Shown here: in pieces, positions 15,494-23,848 of the stretch | Position numbering within the stretch: the stretch's first letter is position 1 | Layout: each line of letters starts with the position of its first letter | Assembly: GCA_900318615.1 (NCBI GenBank) | Contig: ONLK01000006.1 | Location: forward strand, 16,314 to 40,313 | Origin: an uncultured Eubacteriales bacterium | Lineage (GTDB): Bacteria; Bacillota; Clostridia; Lachnospirales; Lachnospiraceae | Reading direction: 5' to 3' | Length of the DNA: 24,000 nucleotides | The notes under the pieces: model-generated | What the model saw: only the letters and a program-made list of their open reading frames with translations | Told to the model about the DNA's origin: nothing | Databases searched by the model: none | Made by a program: the position numbers and the translations under genes

Positions 15494-16354
15494 TCAGTCG
15501 CTTACGCCGGTATCGAAGTAGTAATCCCCGAATACTTTCCCGGCCTCATCGGAGAGTACAAACTCCTCAAAGTCCGCCGCAGCCGCCGTCTGTGCATCGT
15601 CCGCTTCCCCGTTCTTAATCTGGGCAATCGGATAAATGATATTTCCGGAAACATCGTACGGAACAACTTCCAGGACATCCACCTTATCCTCAAAGCCATA
15701 CGTATCCGAAGAATAGGTCGTTCCTGCTTCGCAGGATCCTTCCGCGACGGTCTGAAGAACCTTGCTTACGTTCCCCTGCTCGCTGATCTCAACGCCGCCG
15801 AGCGCGTCCGAAACTTCCTGCGTCGTGAAGGTGGACGGGTCGTCTCTCTTCTCCAGAATACCAAGGTTCATCAGTGCCTGACGGGTATATTTTCCGACCG
15901 GGACGCTGCCGTCCGCAAGAGCAAGGCTGGAAGCATCCTTCAAAGTCTCCAGCCCTTTGACCTTCGTGCCGCTGTTCTTCCAGGTTATAACAACCAGCTG
16001 GTTGTTCAGTACATTGTGCCGCGTATCCTCCACGACGAGTCCGTCCTCCTCCAGCTGATCCATCTGCTTTTGAGCTGCGCTGAAGAACAGATCGCACGCA
16101 TAGCCTTCCTCAATCTGGGTCATCAGCTTGCCGGAGCTGTCCGCATTGAAGGTGATGGTAACATTCGGATGGGTTTCATTGTATTTCTTCGCCAGTTCCG
16201 TCATAACATTATTCAGGCTGGCTGCAATGAAAACCTGGATTTCAACCGGCTTTGTTCCGGCCGCCGCCCCGGCTTTGCTCTGGGCAGACGCTGGCGCGTA
16301 AAGGCAGGCCGTCATTGCTCCTGACAGTACCAGGGATAATAATTTTTTCTTCAT
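15494..16354 (-). CDS. modA: Molybdate ABC transporter substrate-binding protein
   Basis: 286 aa. It has a signal peptide with a possible lipobox (GAMTAC). Family motifs are VFIAASL, FNADSSGKL and DLFFSAA. Confidence 0.88.
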   Translation of the reverse strand: MKKKLLSLVLSGAMTACLYAPASAQSKAGAAAGTKPVEIQVFIAASLNNVMTELAKKYNETHPNVTITFNADSSGKLMTQIEEGYACDLFFSAAQKQMDQLEEDGLVVEDTRHNVLNNQLVVITWKNSGTKVKGLETLKDASSLALADGSVPVGKYTRQALMNLGILEKRDDPSTFTTQEVSDALGGVEISEQGNVSKVLQTVAEGSCEAGTTYSSDTYGFEDKVDVLEVVPYDVSGNIIYPIAQIKNGEADDAQTAAAADFEEFVLSDEAGKVFGDYYFDTGVSD

Positions 16355-16376
16355 TTAGTCTCCACCTGTTAAAATC

Positions 16377-16874
16377 TTAAAATTTAAAATCACCGCTTTT
16401 ACCGCCGCTTTTACCGAGCAGATGAATGTCCGTCATAACCATCCGCTTATCGATGGCCTTGCACATGTCATAGACCGTCAGAAGTGCCGTTGAAACTCCC
16501 GTCAAAGCTTCCATCTCCACGCCGGTCCTTCCATCTGTCTTAACGGTACAGAAAGCGCGTATTTCTTTTTTTTCAGGATTCATTTCAAAGGTAACCGCTG
16601 CATGGGTGAGGTTCAGAATATGACACATCGGGATAAGCTCCGACGTTTTTTTGCACCCCATAATTCCGGCTACCTGCGCTACCGTAAGCACATCCCCTTT
16701 TTTGACCTTTTTCCCCTCCACAGCGTCAAAAATTTCCGGACTTACCTGAATGGTGCCGGTCGCCGTGGCTTCCCGATGGGTTATGTTCTTTCCGGAAACG
16801 TCCACCATCCGGGCATTTCCATCTTCATCAAAATGAGTAAATTCCATGTCTGTGTGATTTCGCCGGATCTTCAT
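16377..16874 (-). CDS. moaC: Cyclic pyranopterin monophosphate synthase MoaC
   Basis: 165 aa. Family motifs are [23 protein letters not shown] and GVEMEALTG. The start overlaps the modC stop by 4 nt (ATGA). Confidence 0.92.
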   Translation of the reverse strand: MKIRRNHTDMEFTHFDEDGNARMVDVSGKNITHREATATGTIQVSPEIFDAVEGKKVKKGDVLTVAQVAGIMGCKKTSELIPMCHILNLTHAAVTFEMNPEKKEIRAFCTVKTDGRTGVEMEALTGVSTALLTVYDMCKAIDKRMVMTDIHLLGKSGGKSGDFKF

Positions 16875-17935
16875 CCCTGAAGAAACAGCATGTCCCTTTC
16901 ATTCATTCCGAGGTAATCAGGCATTCCCTTTTCCTCAACTTCGTGTTTTATGCTTCGCTGGGCAAACCAGCAGATGTATTCCGGATTCCCCGGCTGAATT
17001 TTTCCCTGCGGTATCAGATAATAATTTTTTTCAAACGGCAGCTGTGCGCTGTCCGCCACCTGTACCGGGAAGCTGTTTACAGCCCTTTTGCCCCACACGG
17101 GCACAAAAAAGTGAGCCCGGTATCCCAGACTGTCCGTGCCCTCCGGAATTTCACGCTCCGTCTGAAGTTCCATTCCCCAGTCCGTCAGATACGCATGGTG
17201 TGAATCCCGGCGGACGAGACCGGTGTAATTTTTGCATCCGGTCAGCCGGGCCGCCGCCCGGCGCCGCGGGTTCGCAAAAACTTCCTTTGTCTCCCCCTCA
17301 CAGACCACGGATCCCTGATCCATCACAATCAGCCGATGACAGAACCGGTAAATTTCATCCCGGTTATGAGAAACCAGGATCATACTGCCGCGGTATTCCT
17401 TCAGCATTTCTTCCATCTGCTGCTGCAGCTGATCCTTCAGGAAGGAATCCATGGCAGAGAACGGTTCATCGAGAAGAATGACCTCCGGTTCATACGCCAT
17501 CAGCCGCGCCAGTGCGACCCGCTGCTGCTGTCCTCCGGAAAGATGCAGCGGATATCGGTTCGCCAGATTGCTGACATGGAACTTTTCCATCATTTCCGCA
17601 GCCCGCCTCCGGTTTTCGCCGCGCGAGCCGGAAAGACCAGCCATGATGTTCTGTTCTACGGTCATGGTCGGGAAAAGCGCATAGTTTTGAAAAAGATACC
17701 CGATCCTTCGCTTCTGCGGCGGCAGATTGATTTTGCCTGTGCTGTCATAAAGAACCCGCTCTCCGATCCTTATTTTCCCCGAATCCGGTTTCACAATTCC
17801 GGCAATGCTTTTCAGCGTCATGCTCTTGCCGCAGCCGGAGGCTCCCAGAATACCGATGCGGCCTTCCGTCTCCTGAAGATCAAGATCAAGAGTGAATTCA
17901 TTCAGTTTTTTTCGGATCCTGATTTCAAGTTCCAT
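16871..17935 (-). CDS. modC: Molybdate ABC transporter ATP-binding protein (ModC-like)
   Basis: 354 aa. It has Walker A GASGCGKS, the signature [13 protein letters not shown], Walker [12 protein letters not shown] and a C-terminal accessory domain. It lies directly downstream of modB. Confidence 0.85.
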   Translation of the reverse strand: MELEIRIRKKLNEFTLDLDLQETEGRIGILGASGCGKSMTLKSIAGIVKPDSGKIRIGERVLYDSTGKINLPPQKRRIGYLFQNYALFPTMTVEQNIMAGLSGSRGENRRRAAEMMEKFHVSNLANRYPLHLSGGQQQRVALARLMAYEPEVILLDEPFSAMDSFLKDQLQQQMEEMLKEYRGSMILVSHNRDEIYRFCHRLIVMDQGSVVCEGETKEVFANPRRRAAARLTGCKNYTGLVRRDSHHAYLTDWGMELQTEREIPEGTDSLGYRAHFFVPVWGKRAVNSFPVQVADSAQLPFEKNYYLIPQGKIQPGNPEYICWFAQRSIKHEVEEKGMPDYLGMNERDMLFLQG

Positions 17936-17960
17936 GCTCTTTCAACCTCTGTGATTTATT

Positions 17961-18665
17961 TTACCAGCGTTCCACATTTTTCATTTTCCTTCCGGTAACC
18001 ATGTTCATGGCGAATATAATGCCGAATGCGATGATCAGCACAATAACCGTCCAGATGCCTGCGGTCAGATAATCGCCGTCCTGGATTACCATGGCAATTC
18101 TCTGGGAGATGGTTGCCGTTTTTCCCGGAATATTGCCGGCCAGCATGGAGGTGGCTCCGTACTCCCCGAGTGCCCGGGCAAAGGTCAGAATGGTGCCCGA
18201 AACAACACCGGGGCCGGCTGTCGGAAGAATAACCTTCCAGAAGATTTTCGTCTCCGACATGCCCAGGGTACGCGCCGCATAGACCAGGTTCACATCAATC
18301 TGTTCAAAGGCCGCTCTCGCATTCCGATACATCAGAGGGAAAGCGATGACGGTTGCTGCGAGAATGCATCCCAGCCAGCTTTGCACTACCCGGAGGCCGA
18401 ACTGCCCGTACAGGAAACGTCCGAACGGACGGCGCAGGCTGAAAAGCAGCAGCAGAAAAAAACCGGCTACCGTAGGCGGCAGTACCATCGGAAGGGTCAG
18501 TATTCCGTCGATTACGGATTTGGTTCCCGGCCCGCACCGGATGACCTTTCGCGCAGCAAAAATTCCAAGGAAAAAGGAAAGGACCGTCGCAACAATGCCG
18601 GTTTTCAGGGAAATCCACAGGGGACTATAGTCCAGCGATTTCAGTATTTCTATAATCTCATCCAC
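17961..18665 (-). CDS. modB: Molybdate ABC transporter permease
   Basis: 234 aa. Family motifs are LPMVLPPTVAGFFLL, ARTLGMSE and FARALGEYGAT. Confidence 0.9.
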   Translation of the reverse strand: MDEIIEILKSLDYSPLWISLKTGIVATVLSFFLGIFAARKVIRCGPGTKSVIDGILTLPMVLPPTVAGFFLLLLFSLRRPFGRFLYGQFGLRVVQSWLGCILAATVIAFPLMYRNARAAFEQIDVNLVYAARTLGMSETKIFWKVILPTAGPGVVSGTILTFARALGEYGATSMLAGNIPGKTATISQRIAMVIQDGDYLTAGIWTVIVLIIAFGIIFAMNMVTGRKMKNVERW

Positions 18666-18713
18666 TTTTATACCTCCGTCGGATCCATACTTTCCACATG
18701 TCCGGCAGGCCGG

Positions 18714-19736
18714 TCACTTTCCGAATCCGCAGTTGGGGAATGTGCAGACCGGGCAGTTCAGACACAGACCGCCCTCGCCGAGAGCATCGATATCCGCCTT
18801 CGTCAGAATATCATCCGCCATCAGCCGCGGCAGAACCAGATCGAAGACGGTTCTCTTCGCGTACATCACGCATCCGGGCAGGCCGACAATCGGAATATTC
18901 TTTTCTCCGTAATAGGAAAGCAGGAACATGGCGCCCGGCAGTACCGGAGCTCCGTAGGTAATCATCCTGGATCCGGTATTCCGGATAGCGAGGGGAGTCC
19001 GGTCATCCGGATCCACGCTCATGCCGCCGGTGCACAGAATAAGATCTGCCCCCGCGGCCAGAAATTTATGAATAGCGGCGGTCGTCATCGTGTCATCATC
19101 ACTGCAGATTTCATGACCGATCACCTCCGTGTCGTACTCAGCCAGTTTTTCCCTGATAACGTCCGTGAACGTATCCTCTATGCGGTGATAGTACACTTCA
19201 TTGCCGGTTGTCACGATGGCCGCTTTTTTGTGATGAAACGGCAGAATATTCAGAATGCGTCCGCTGCCGGCCGCTTTCCTGGCACGGTCCATTTTGGCCT
19301 TGTCAATCACCAGCGGTATGATCCGGGTGCCGGCCAGATGATCTCCCTTTTTCACGGCAAAATTTCCGTGCCGTGTGGCAATCATCATCTCTCCCAGGGA
19401 ATTAACAGCCTTCAGCTTTTGCGCATCAACCTTTAGCAATCCGTCGCTGTCGGCGATCAGCTCAATTTTTCCTTCCTTCACTTCGGACGGATGCATGTGA
19501 TCACCTCTGCACAGTTCATAGAGAATCTGTGCCGCTTCATTCTCATGCATCTTCGTCTCATCGTTTTCCCATATATAAACGTGATCCTTGCCGACGGACA
19601 GAAGAACCGGAATGTCTTCCTTTGTGATAATATGACCTTTGCGGAAAACAGGTCCCTTCTTTTCGCCCCTGATAATCTGGGTAATGTCGTGGCACAGTAC
19701 CTGGCCGACGGCATCCTCCGTCTTCATAAGCTTCAT
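18714..19736 (-). CDS. MoeA-like / MogA-MoaB-domain molybdopterin-binding protein (uncharacterised subfamily) with a Cys-rich C-terminal tail
   Basis: 340 aa. The MoCF-biosynthesis-domain signature is LILCTGGMSVDPDDRTP. The N-terminus is MoeA-N-like (EDAVGQVLCHDI). An AAGGAGG RBS is present. It is the first gene of the Mo block. Confidence 0.7.
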   Translation of the reverse strand: MKLMKTEDAVGQVLCHDITQIIRGEKKGPVFRKGHIITKEDIPVLLSVGKDHVYIWENDETKMHENEAAQILYELCRGDHMHPSEVKEGKIELIADSDGLLKVDAQKLKAVNSLGEMMIATRHGNFAVKKGDHLAGTRIIPLVIDKAKMDRARKAAGSGRILNILPFHHKKAAIVTTGNEVYYHRIEDTFTDVIREKLAEYDTEVIGHEICSDDDTMTTAAIHKFLAAGADLILCTGGMSVDPDDRTPLAIRNTGSRMITYGAPVLPGAMFLLSYYGEKNIPIVGLPGCVMYAKRTVFDLVLPRLMADDILTKADIDALGEGGLCLNCPVCTFPNCGFGK

Positions 19737-19749
19737 GACAACCTCCTTG

Positions 19750-19835
19750 AACTTATTGTTTTCGGGCCTGCCAGGGACCCTTTTAATAATCCTCCGAACC
19801 TGTGTTTTCGTCTGCTTCGTTCAGAGGTACCGTAT
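19750..19835 (-). promoter_or_regulatory. Structured leader of the Mo operon, possibly a Moco-riboswitch-like element
   Basis: The minus strand has CCTCTGAAC...GTTCGGAGG (9-bp stem), then GGGTCCCTGGCAGGCCC, then an A-rich tract into AAGGAGG. The genomic context (Moco and molybdate genes) fits. I could not verify the consensus from memory. Confidence 0.35.
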
Positions 19836-19839
19836 TGTA

Positions 19840-19868
19840 TTATAATAACATTCGGTAAGAATGTCAAA
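19840..19868 (-). promoter_or_regulatory. Candidate promoter of the Mo operon
   Basis: The minus strand reads TTGACA (19868-19863), a 17-nt spacer, then TATAAT (19845-19840), matching the consensus at both hexamers. Confidence 0.6.
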
Positions 19869-19919
19869 AAGAAGCTGCCGTTTACAGCTGAATTTATGAA
19901 TACTGTAAACGACAGCTTT
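19867..19919 (-). terminator. Intrinsic terminator after the carbamate kinase gene
   Basis: The minus strand reads AAGCTGTCGTTTACAG-(15-nt loop)-CTGTAAACGGCAGCTT, a 16-bp stem with one G-U, followed by CTTTTT. The T-tract abuts the next promoter's -35 element. Confidence 0.7.
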
Positions 19920-19946
19920 TCTGGTTTTGTCTGTATCTTCCATTGA

Positions 19947-20891
19947 TCACAAATGGATCCGGGTCCCGGTCTTTCCGTTAATCCCGTCCTTTGCCTTGTC
20001 CAGCAATGTAATCAGGGCTGTTCTTCCCGGTCTGGACTGTGCAAATTTGACAGCCGCCTGCACCTTTGGCAGCATAGAGCCTTTCGCAAACTGATCTTGT
20101 GCGATATATTTCTCTGCTTCCTCCGGAGTCAGTTCATCAAGCCACTTCTGATCCGGCTTTCCGAAATTGACAGCTACCTTTTCTACCGCCGTCAGGATAA
20201 TGAATACATCGGCGTCCAGTTCCTCCGCCAGAAGCTCGGACGTAAAATCCTTGTCGATGACGGCAGCCGCGCCTTTCAGGTGAAATCCTTCCGTGCGAAA
20301 GACCGGGATTCCGCCGCCGCCGGCAGCAACAACCACATGCCCGGAATTAACCAGATCCTGGATGGTCTTAATCTCTACAATCTTTTTCGGCTTCGGACTG
20401 GCCACAACACGGCGATACCCTCTTCCGGCATCCTCGATGACGGTGTAATTGCGTGTACGCACCAGCTCATCCGCCTCCTCCTTCGTCAGAAAAGAGCCGA
20501 TGGGTTTGGTCGGATTCTTAAAGGCAGGATCCTCCGGGTCTACTTCAACCTGTGTCAGCACACTGGTCACGTCCTTATAGATTCCCCGGTCATAAAGCTC
20601 CTCCCGAAGCAGGTTCTGCAGGTCATATCCGATATATCCCTGGCTCATGGCCGTGCAGACGGAAAGCGGAACCGTGTCGTACTTTTCAGGATCGCTGCGG
20701 TGAAGCTGTGTCATGGCCTCCTGAATCATGCCGACCTGAGGACCATTTCCGTGGGCGATTACAACCTGATATCCTTCCCCGATCAGATCAGCGATTGCCC
20801 TGGAAGTATGCTGTACATCGATAAACTGTTCATGAAGGTTTTTACCCAGCGCATTTCCGCCGAGCGCTACTACGATCTTTTTCATTTCCAT
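19947..20891 (-). CDS. arcC: Carbamate kinase (ArcC / YqeA-like)
   Basis: The ORF is 19947..20969. I prefer the start at MEMKKIVVALGGNALG (20891, or 20885) because a GAGGGG RBS precedes it and carbamate kinases begin that way. Family motifs are HGNGPQVG and VVAAGGGGIPV. Confidence 0.9.
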   Translation of the reverse strand: MEMKKIVVALGGNALGKNLHEQFIDVQHTSRAIADLIGEGYQVVIAHGNGPQVGMIQEAMTQLHRSDPEKYDTVPLSVCTAMSQGYIGYDLQNLLREELYDRGIYKDVTSVLTQVEVDPEDPAFKNPTKPIGSFLTKEEADELVRTRNYTVIEDAGRGYRRVVASPKPKKIVEIKTIQDLVNSGHVVVAAGGGGIPVFRTEGFHLKGAAAVIDKDFTSELLAEELDADVFIILTAVEKVAVNFGKPDQKWLDELTPEEAEKYIAQDQFAKGSMLPKVQAAVKFAQSRPGRTALITLLDKAKDGINGKTGTRIHL

Positions 20892-21004
20892 TTCAGATAA
20901 CCCCTCAATATCAAAAGGCTGCCGTGCGAAATACGAATCAATGCGGTATTCCGGCGTCAGCCCTGTCATTCTGTCTTTTCCCTTTGTTTGGAACGTCCGC
21001 CCGA

Positions 21005-22198
21005 TCAGAATGCGATTCTGGGACCTGCGGATGCATCCAGTGTCCGGAGCGCAGCTGCCGGATCCTTAACCTTGGCAAGGAAGATCATGGCCGCAATAAT
21101 ATACGGTTTGAAGGATGCTTCCTTGTACAGCGGATCAATGTAGCGGTCGAATACGGAATTGTCAACCTCACCTTCACGGCAGGAAAGTCCGGTAATGTCC
21201 GCCGGCAGGCAGTGCATGTAAAGAGCCTTTCCGCCTCTGGTGCGGGCCATCATTTCTTCTGTGCAGCTCCAGTTCTTGTATTTTGCGTTGTTCGCCAGCA
21301 GTTCCTTCTCCAGAGCGTCGATTCCGTCTTTGTCTCCCGCCTGATACAGTCTGGTTCTTTTTTCCATGGCTGCGAAGGGTGCCCAGCTCTTCGGATAGAC
21401 AATATCCGCGTTCTCGAACGCTTCCTCCATGCTGTTAACCTTCGCGAAGGAACCGCCGGATGCCGCCGCATTCTTCCCCGCAATGTCTTCCACATCGCTC
21501 ATGACATCGTATCCTTCCGGATGCGCCAGAACAACGTCCATGCCGAAACGGGTGAACAGTCCGATCACGCCCTGCGGAACGGACAGCGGTTTTCCGTAGC
21601 TGGGGCTGTAGGCCCAGGTCATAGCAACCTTTTTGCCCCGGAGGTTTTCAACGCCGCCGAAATAATGGATAATGGAAGCCATATCCGCCATGCACTGCGT
21701 CGGATGGTCCACATCGCACTGCAGATTGACCAGGGTGGGTTTCTGCTCCAGGATTCCGTCGTTATGTCCTTTGGTAACAGCATCCATGAAGGTCTTCTGA
21801 TACTTGTGGCCTTCGCCGATGAACATATCATCGCGGATACCGATGACATCCGCCATGAAGCTTACCATGTTGGCTGTTTCACGAACGGTCTCTCCGTGAG
21901 CAATCTGGGACTTCTTTTCATCCAGGTCCTGAACCTCCAGTCCCAGCAGATTGCAGGCGCTGGCAAAGGAGAAGCGGGTTCTGGTGGAGTTATCACGGAA
22001 GATAGAAATTCCGAGTCCGGAGTCAAAGATCTTTGTTGATTTGTTGCGCTCCCGAAGGTCGCGAAGAGCGTCGGCTACGGCAAATACGGAAGCAAGCTCA
22101 TCATCGGTTTTGTCCCATGTCCAGTAAAAATCACTGTTGTACATATGGCTGTAATCAAGTTTTGAAAGCTTTTCAGCTAATTCGACTGTTTTAGACAT
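21005..22198 (-). CDS. ygeW: YgeW-type knotted carbamoyltransferase (substrate not securely known to me)
   Basis: 397 aa. It matches E. coli YgeW, as I remember it, over the full length: GLGISIFRDNSTRTRFSFASA, SQIAHGETVRETANM, NLQCDVDHPTQ, WAYSPSYGKPLSVPQG, YMHCLPAD and KPYIIAAMI. Confidence 0.9.
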   Translation of the reverse strand: MSKTVELAEKLSKLDYSHMYNSDFYWTWDKTDDELASVFAVADALRDLRERNKSTKIFDSGLGISIFRDNSTRTRFSFASACNLLGLEVQDLDEKKSQIAHGETVRETANMVSFMADVIGIRDDMFIGEGHKYQKTFMDAVTKGHNDGILEQKPTLVNLQCDVDHPTQCMADMASIIHYFGGVENLRGKKVAMTWAYSPSYGKPLSVPQGVIGLFTRFGMDVVLAHPEGYDVMSDVEDIAGKNAAASGGSFAKVNSMEEAFENADIVYPKSWAPFAAMEKRTRLYQAGDKDGIDALEKELLANNAKYKNWSCTEEMMARTRGGKALYMHCLPADITGLSCREGEVDNSVFDRYIDPLYKEASFKPYIIAAMIFLAKVKDPAAALRTLDASAGPRIAF

Positions 22199-22292
22199 TT
22201 TTTATCTCCTGTTTTATCAAAATATCAGCCGGGGGAATCAGCGCATTTCCGCTGACGTCCCCCCATGTTCCAGCGTCTCTGTTTCCTGCCTG

Positions 22293-23657
22293 TTACTGCC
22301 TGTCCGTTCCCGGTGCGCGAAACTCCGTAACATCTTCTTTTCCGGTACCCTTGTACAGCTGCGGAACAGCCGCGTAAACAGCCGCGCAGGTGACAAGATC
22401 CTGCTTATAGGTAATTTCGTTCGGTGCATGAGCCTGAGACTCTGCGCCCGGCCCGAAGCCTGCGCAGGGGATGCCGAAACGTCCCTGAATGGATACGCAG
22501 TTCGTGGAGAAGGTCCATTTATCAATGAGCGGCCGGCCTTCACGCTTGTCCATGGCCTGCGCAGCTCCGATTCTCTTCTCTCCGAACAAAGCGTGATACG
22601 CATCCGCCAGTGCCTGTACGTGCGGTGCATTTTCCCTGTTGATCCAGGTCGGGAAGTAGCACTCCGTCTCGTACTTCAGACCGGTCCATGCCGGACGGTC
22701 ATACATATACATGGAAACGGTTACGTCCTTCGCATACTTTTTGCATGCCGGAAGATTACGCACCTCTTCCAGGCAGGATTCATAGGTTTCTCCTGCGGTC
22801 ATCCGGCGATCGATGGAGATGGAGCATCCGTCTGCGACTGCGCAGCGGCTGGGGCTGGTGAAGTAAATCTGGGAGATGGTGCAGGTTCCTCTTCCAAGGA
22901 AGCGGGCATCTTCATAATGGTCCGGATTGTACTTCGGATTAAGCATCTTAACCAGGCCCTTGATTTCCCTGTCATCAGCATCATCATTTTCATTCAGGTC
23001 ACGAATATTCTCAATCACCTCCGCCATTTTAATAATGGCATTGTCGCCGCGCTCCGGCGCGGAACCGTGGCAGGAAACTCCGTGCATGTCAACGCGGATT
23101 TCCATACGGCCTCTGTGGCCGCGGTAAATACCGCCGTCGGTCGGCTCGGTGGAAATGACGAACTCCGGTGTAATCTTGTCTTCCTTATGAATGTACTGCC
23201 AGCAAAGACCATCGCAGTCTTCTTCCTGAACGGTAGCCGTCACGAGAATTTTTACGTCTTCCGGAATAAGATTCAGGTCCTTCATGATTCTGGCGCCGTA
23301 TACAGCTGCCGCAATACCGCCTTCCTGATCGGAGCCCCCGCGGCCGCCGATCTCGGTATCGTTCTCATAGCCCTTGTACGGATCGAATTTCCAGTTGTCG
23401 ATGTTTCCGATGCCAACCGTATCGATGTGCCCGTCGAACGCGTAGATCCGGCTTCCGTGACCCATGAATCCAAGGCAGTTGCCTTCCGGATCGACATAAA
23501 CTTCGTCAAAACCTACATCCTTCATTTCTTTTTCAATGCGGTGGATAACGCCCTCTTCCTCACAGCTTTCACTGGGAATGGCGATCATGTCGCGAAGGAA
23601 GCGAACCATATCCGGTTCATATTTTTTCGCTGCGGCCCTGATAGCTTCAAAATCCAT
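22293..23657 (-). CDS. ygeY: YgeY-family M20 metallohydrolase ('selenium metabolism-linked hydrolase' family)
   Basis: The ORF is 22293..23768. I prefer the start at [13 protein letters not shown] (23657) because a GAAAGGGG RBS precedes it and the longer ORF would overlap the predicted promoter. Matches to E. coli YgeY as recalled are [63 protein letters not shown] and DKWTFSTN. Confidence 0.9.
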   Translation of the reverse strand: MDFEAIRAAAKKYEPDMVRFLRDMIAIPSESCEEEGVIHRIEKEMKDVGFDEVYVDPEGNCLGFMGHGSRIYAFDGHIDTVGIGNIDNWKFDPYKGYENDTEIGGRGGSDQEGGIAAAVYGARIMKDLNLIPEDVKILVTATVQEEDCDGLCWQYIHKEDKITPEFVISTEPTDGGIYRGHRGRMEIRVDMHGVSCHGSAPERGDNAIIKMAEVIENIRDLNENDDADDREIKGLVKMLNPKYNPDHYEDARFLGRGTCTISQIYFTSPSRCAVADGCSISIDRRMTAGETYESCLEEVRNLPACKKYAKDVTVSMYMYDRPAWTGLKYETECYFPTWINRENAPHVQALADAYHALFGEKRIGAAQAMDKREGRPLIDKWTFSTNCVSIQGRFGIPCAGFGPGAESQAHAPNEITYKQDLVTCAAVYAAVPQLYKGTGKEDVTEFRAPGTDRQ

Positions 23658-23745
23658 AATAACTGCCCCTTTCTGCATGGAATATGCAACTTCTATTATA
23701 GTTTCATCTGCAGAAACCCTGTCCGGGTTTTCCCTGTCTGATACC

Positions 23746-23773
23746 ATTATAACGCCCCTTAAGCACAAGTCAA
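23746..23773 (-). promoter_or_regulatory. Candidate promoter for ygeY-ygeW-arcC
   Basis: The minus strand reads TTGACT (23773-23768), a 16-nt spacer, then TATAAT (23751-23746). Confidence 0.5.
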
Positions 23774-23848
23774 TACTTTATTTCAGGTATGCTAAATATT
23801 TTTTAGCTTCCTGTCCCAGCCTCCGTCCCCTGGCTGTCCCGCGCGGCT

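Noticed and set aside
17336-19436. Plus-strand ORFs of 220 aa (17336-17998) and 351 aa (18381-19436) opposite modC, modB and the MoeA-like gene
   Set aside because: Their translations are Arg/Gln/His-rich and low-complexity. They span the boundaries of real genes and lie antisense to them.
19953-23741. Large plus-strand ORFs (19953-20900, 20924-22039, 22428-23741) opposite arcC, ygeW and ygeY
   Set aside because: The minus-strand products match well-known families over their full length. The plus-strand ORFs are mirror-frame artefacts.
23658-23768. N-terminal 37-aa extension of the ygeY ORF, and similar extensions of arcC (20892-20969), yjjI (14071-14094) and the RR (1648-1677)
   Set aside because: The internal ATGs have proper SD sequences and match the N-termini expected for each family. 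The ygeY extension would overlap its own predicted promoter.
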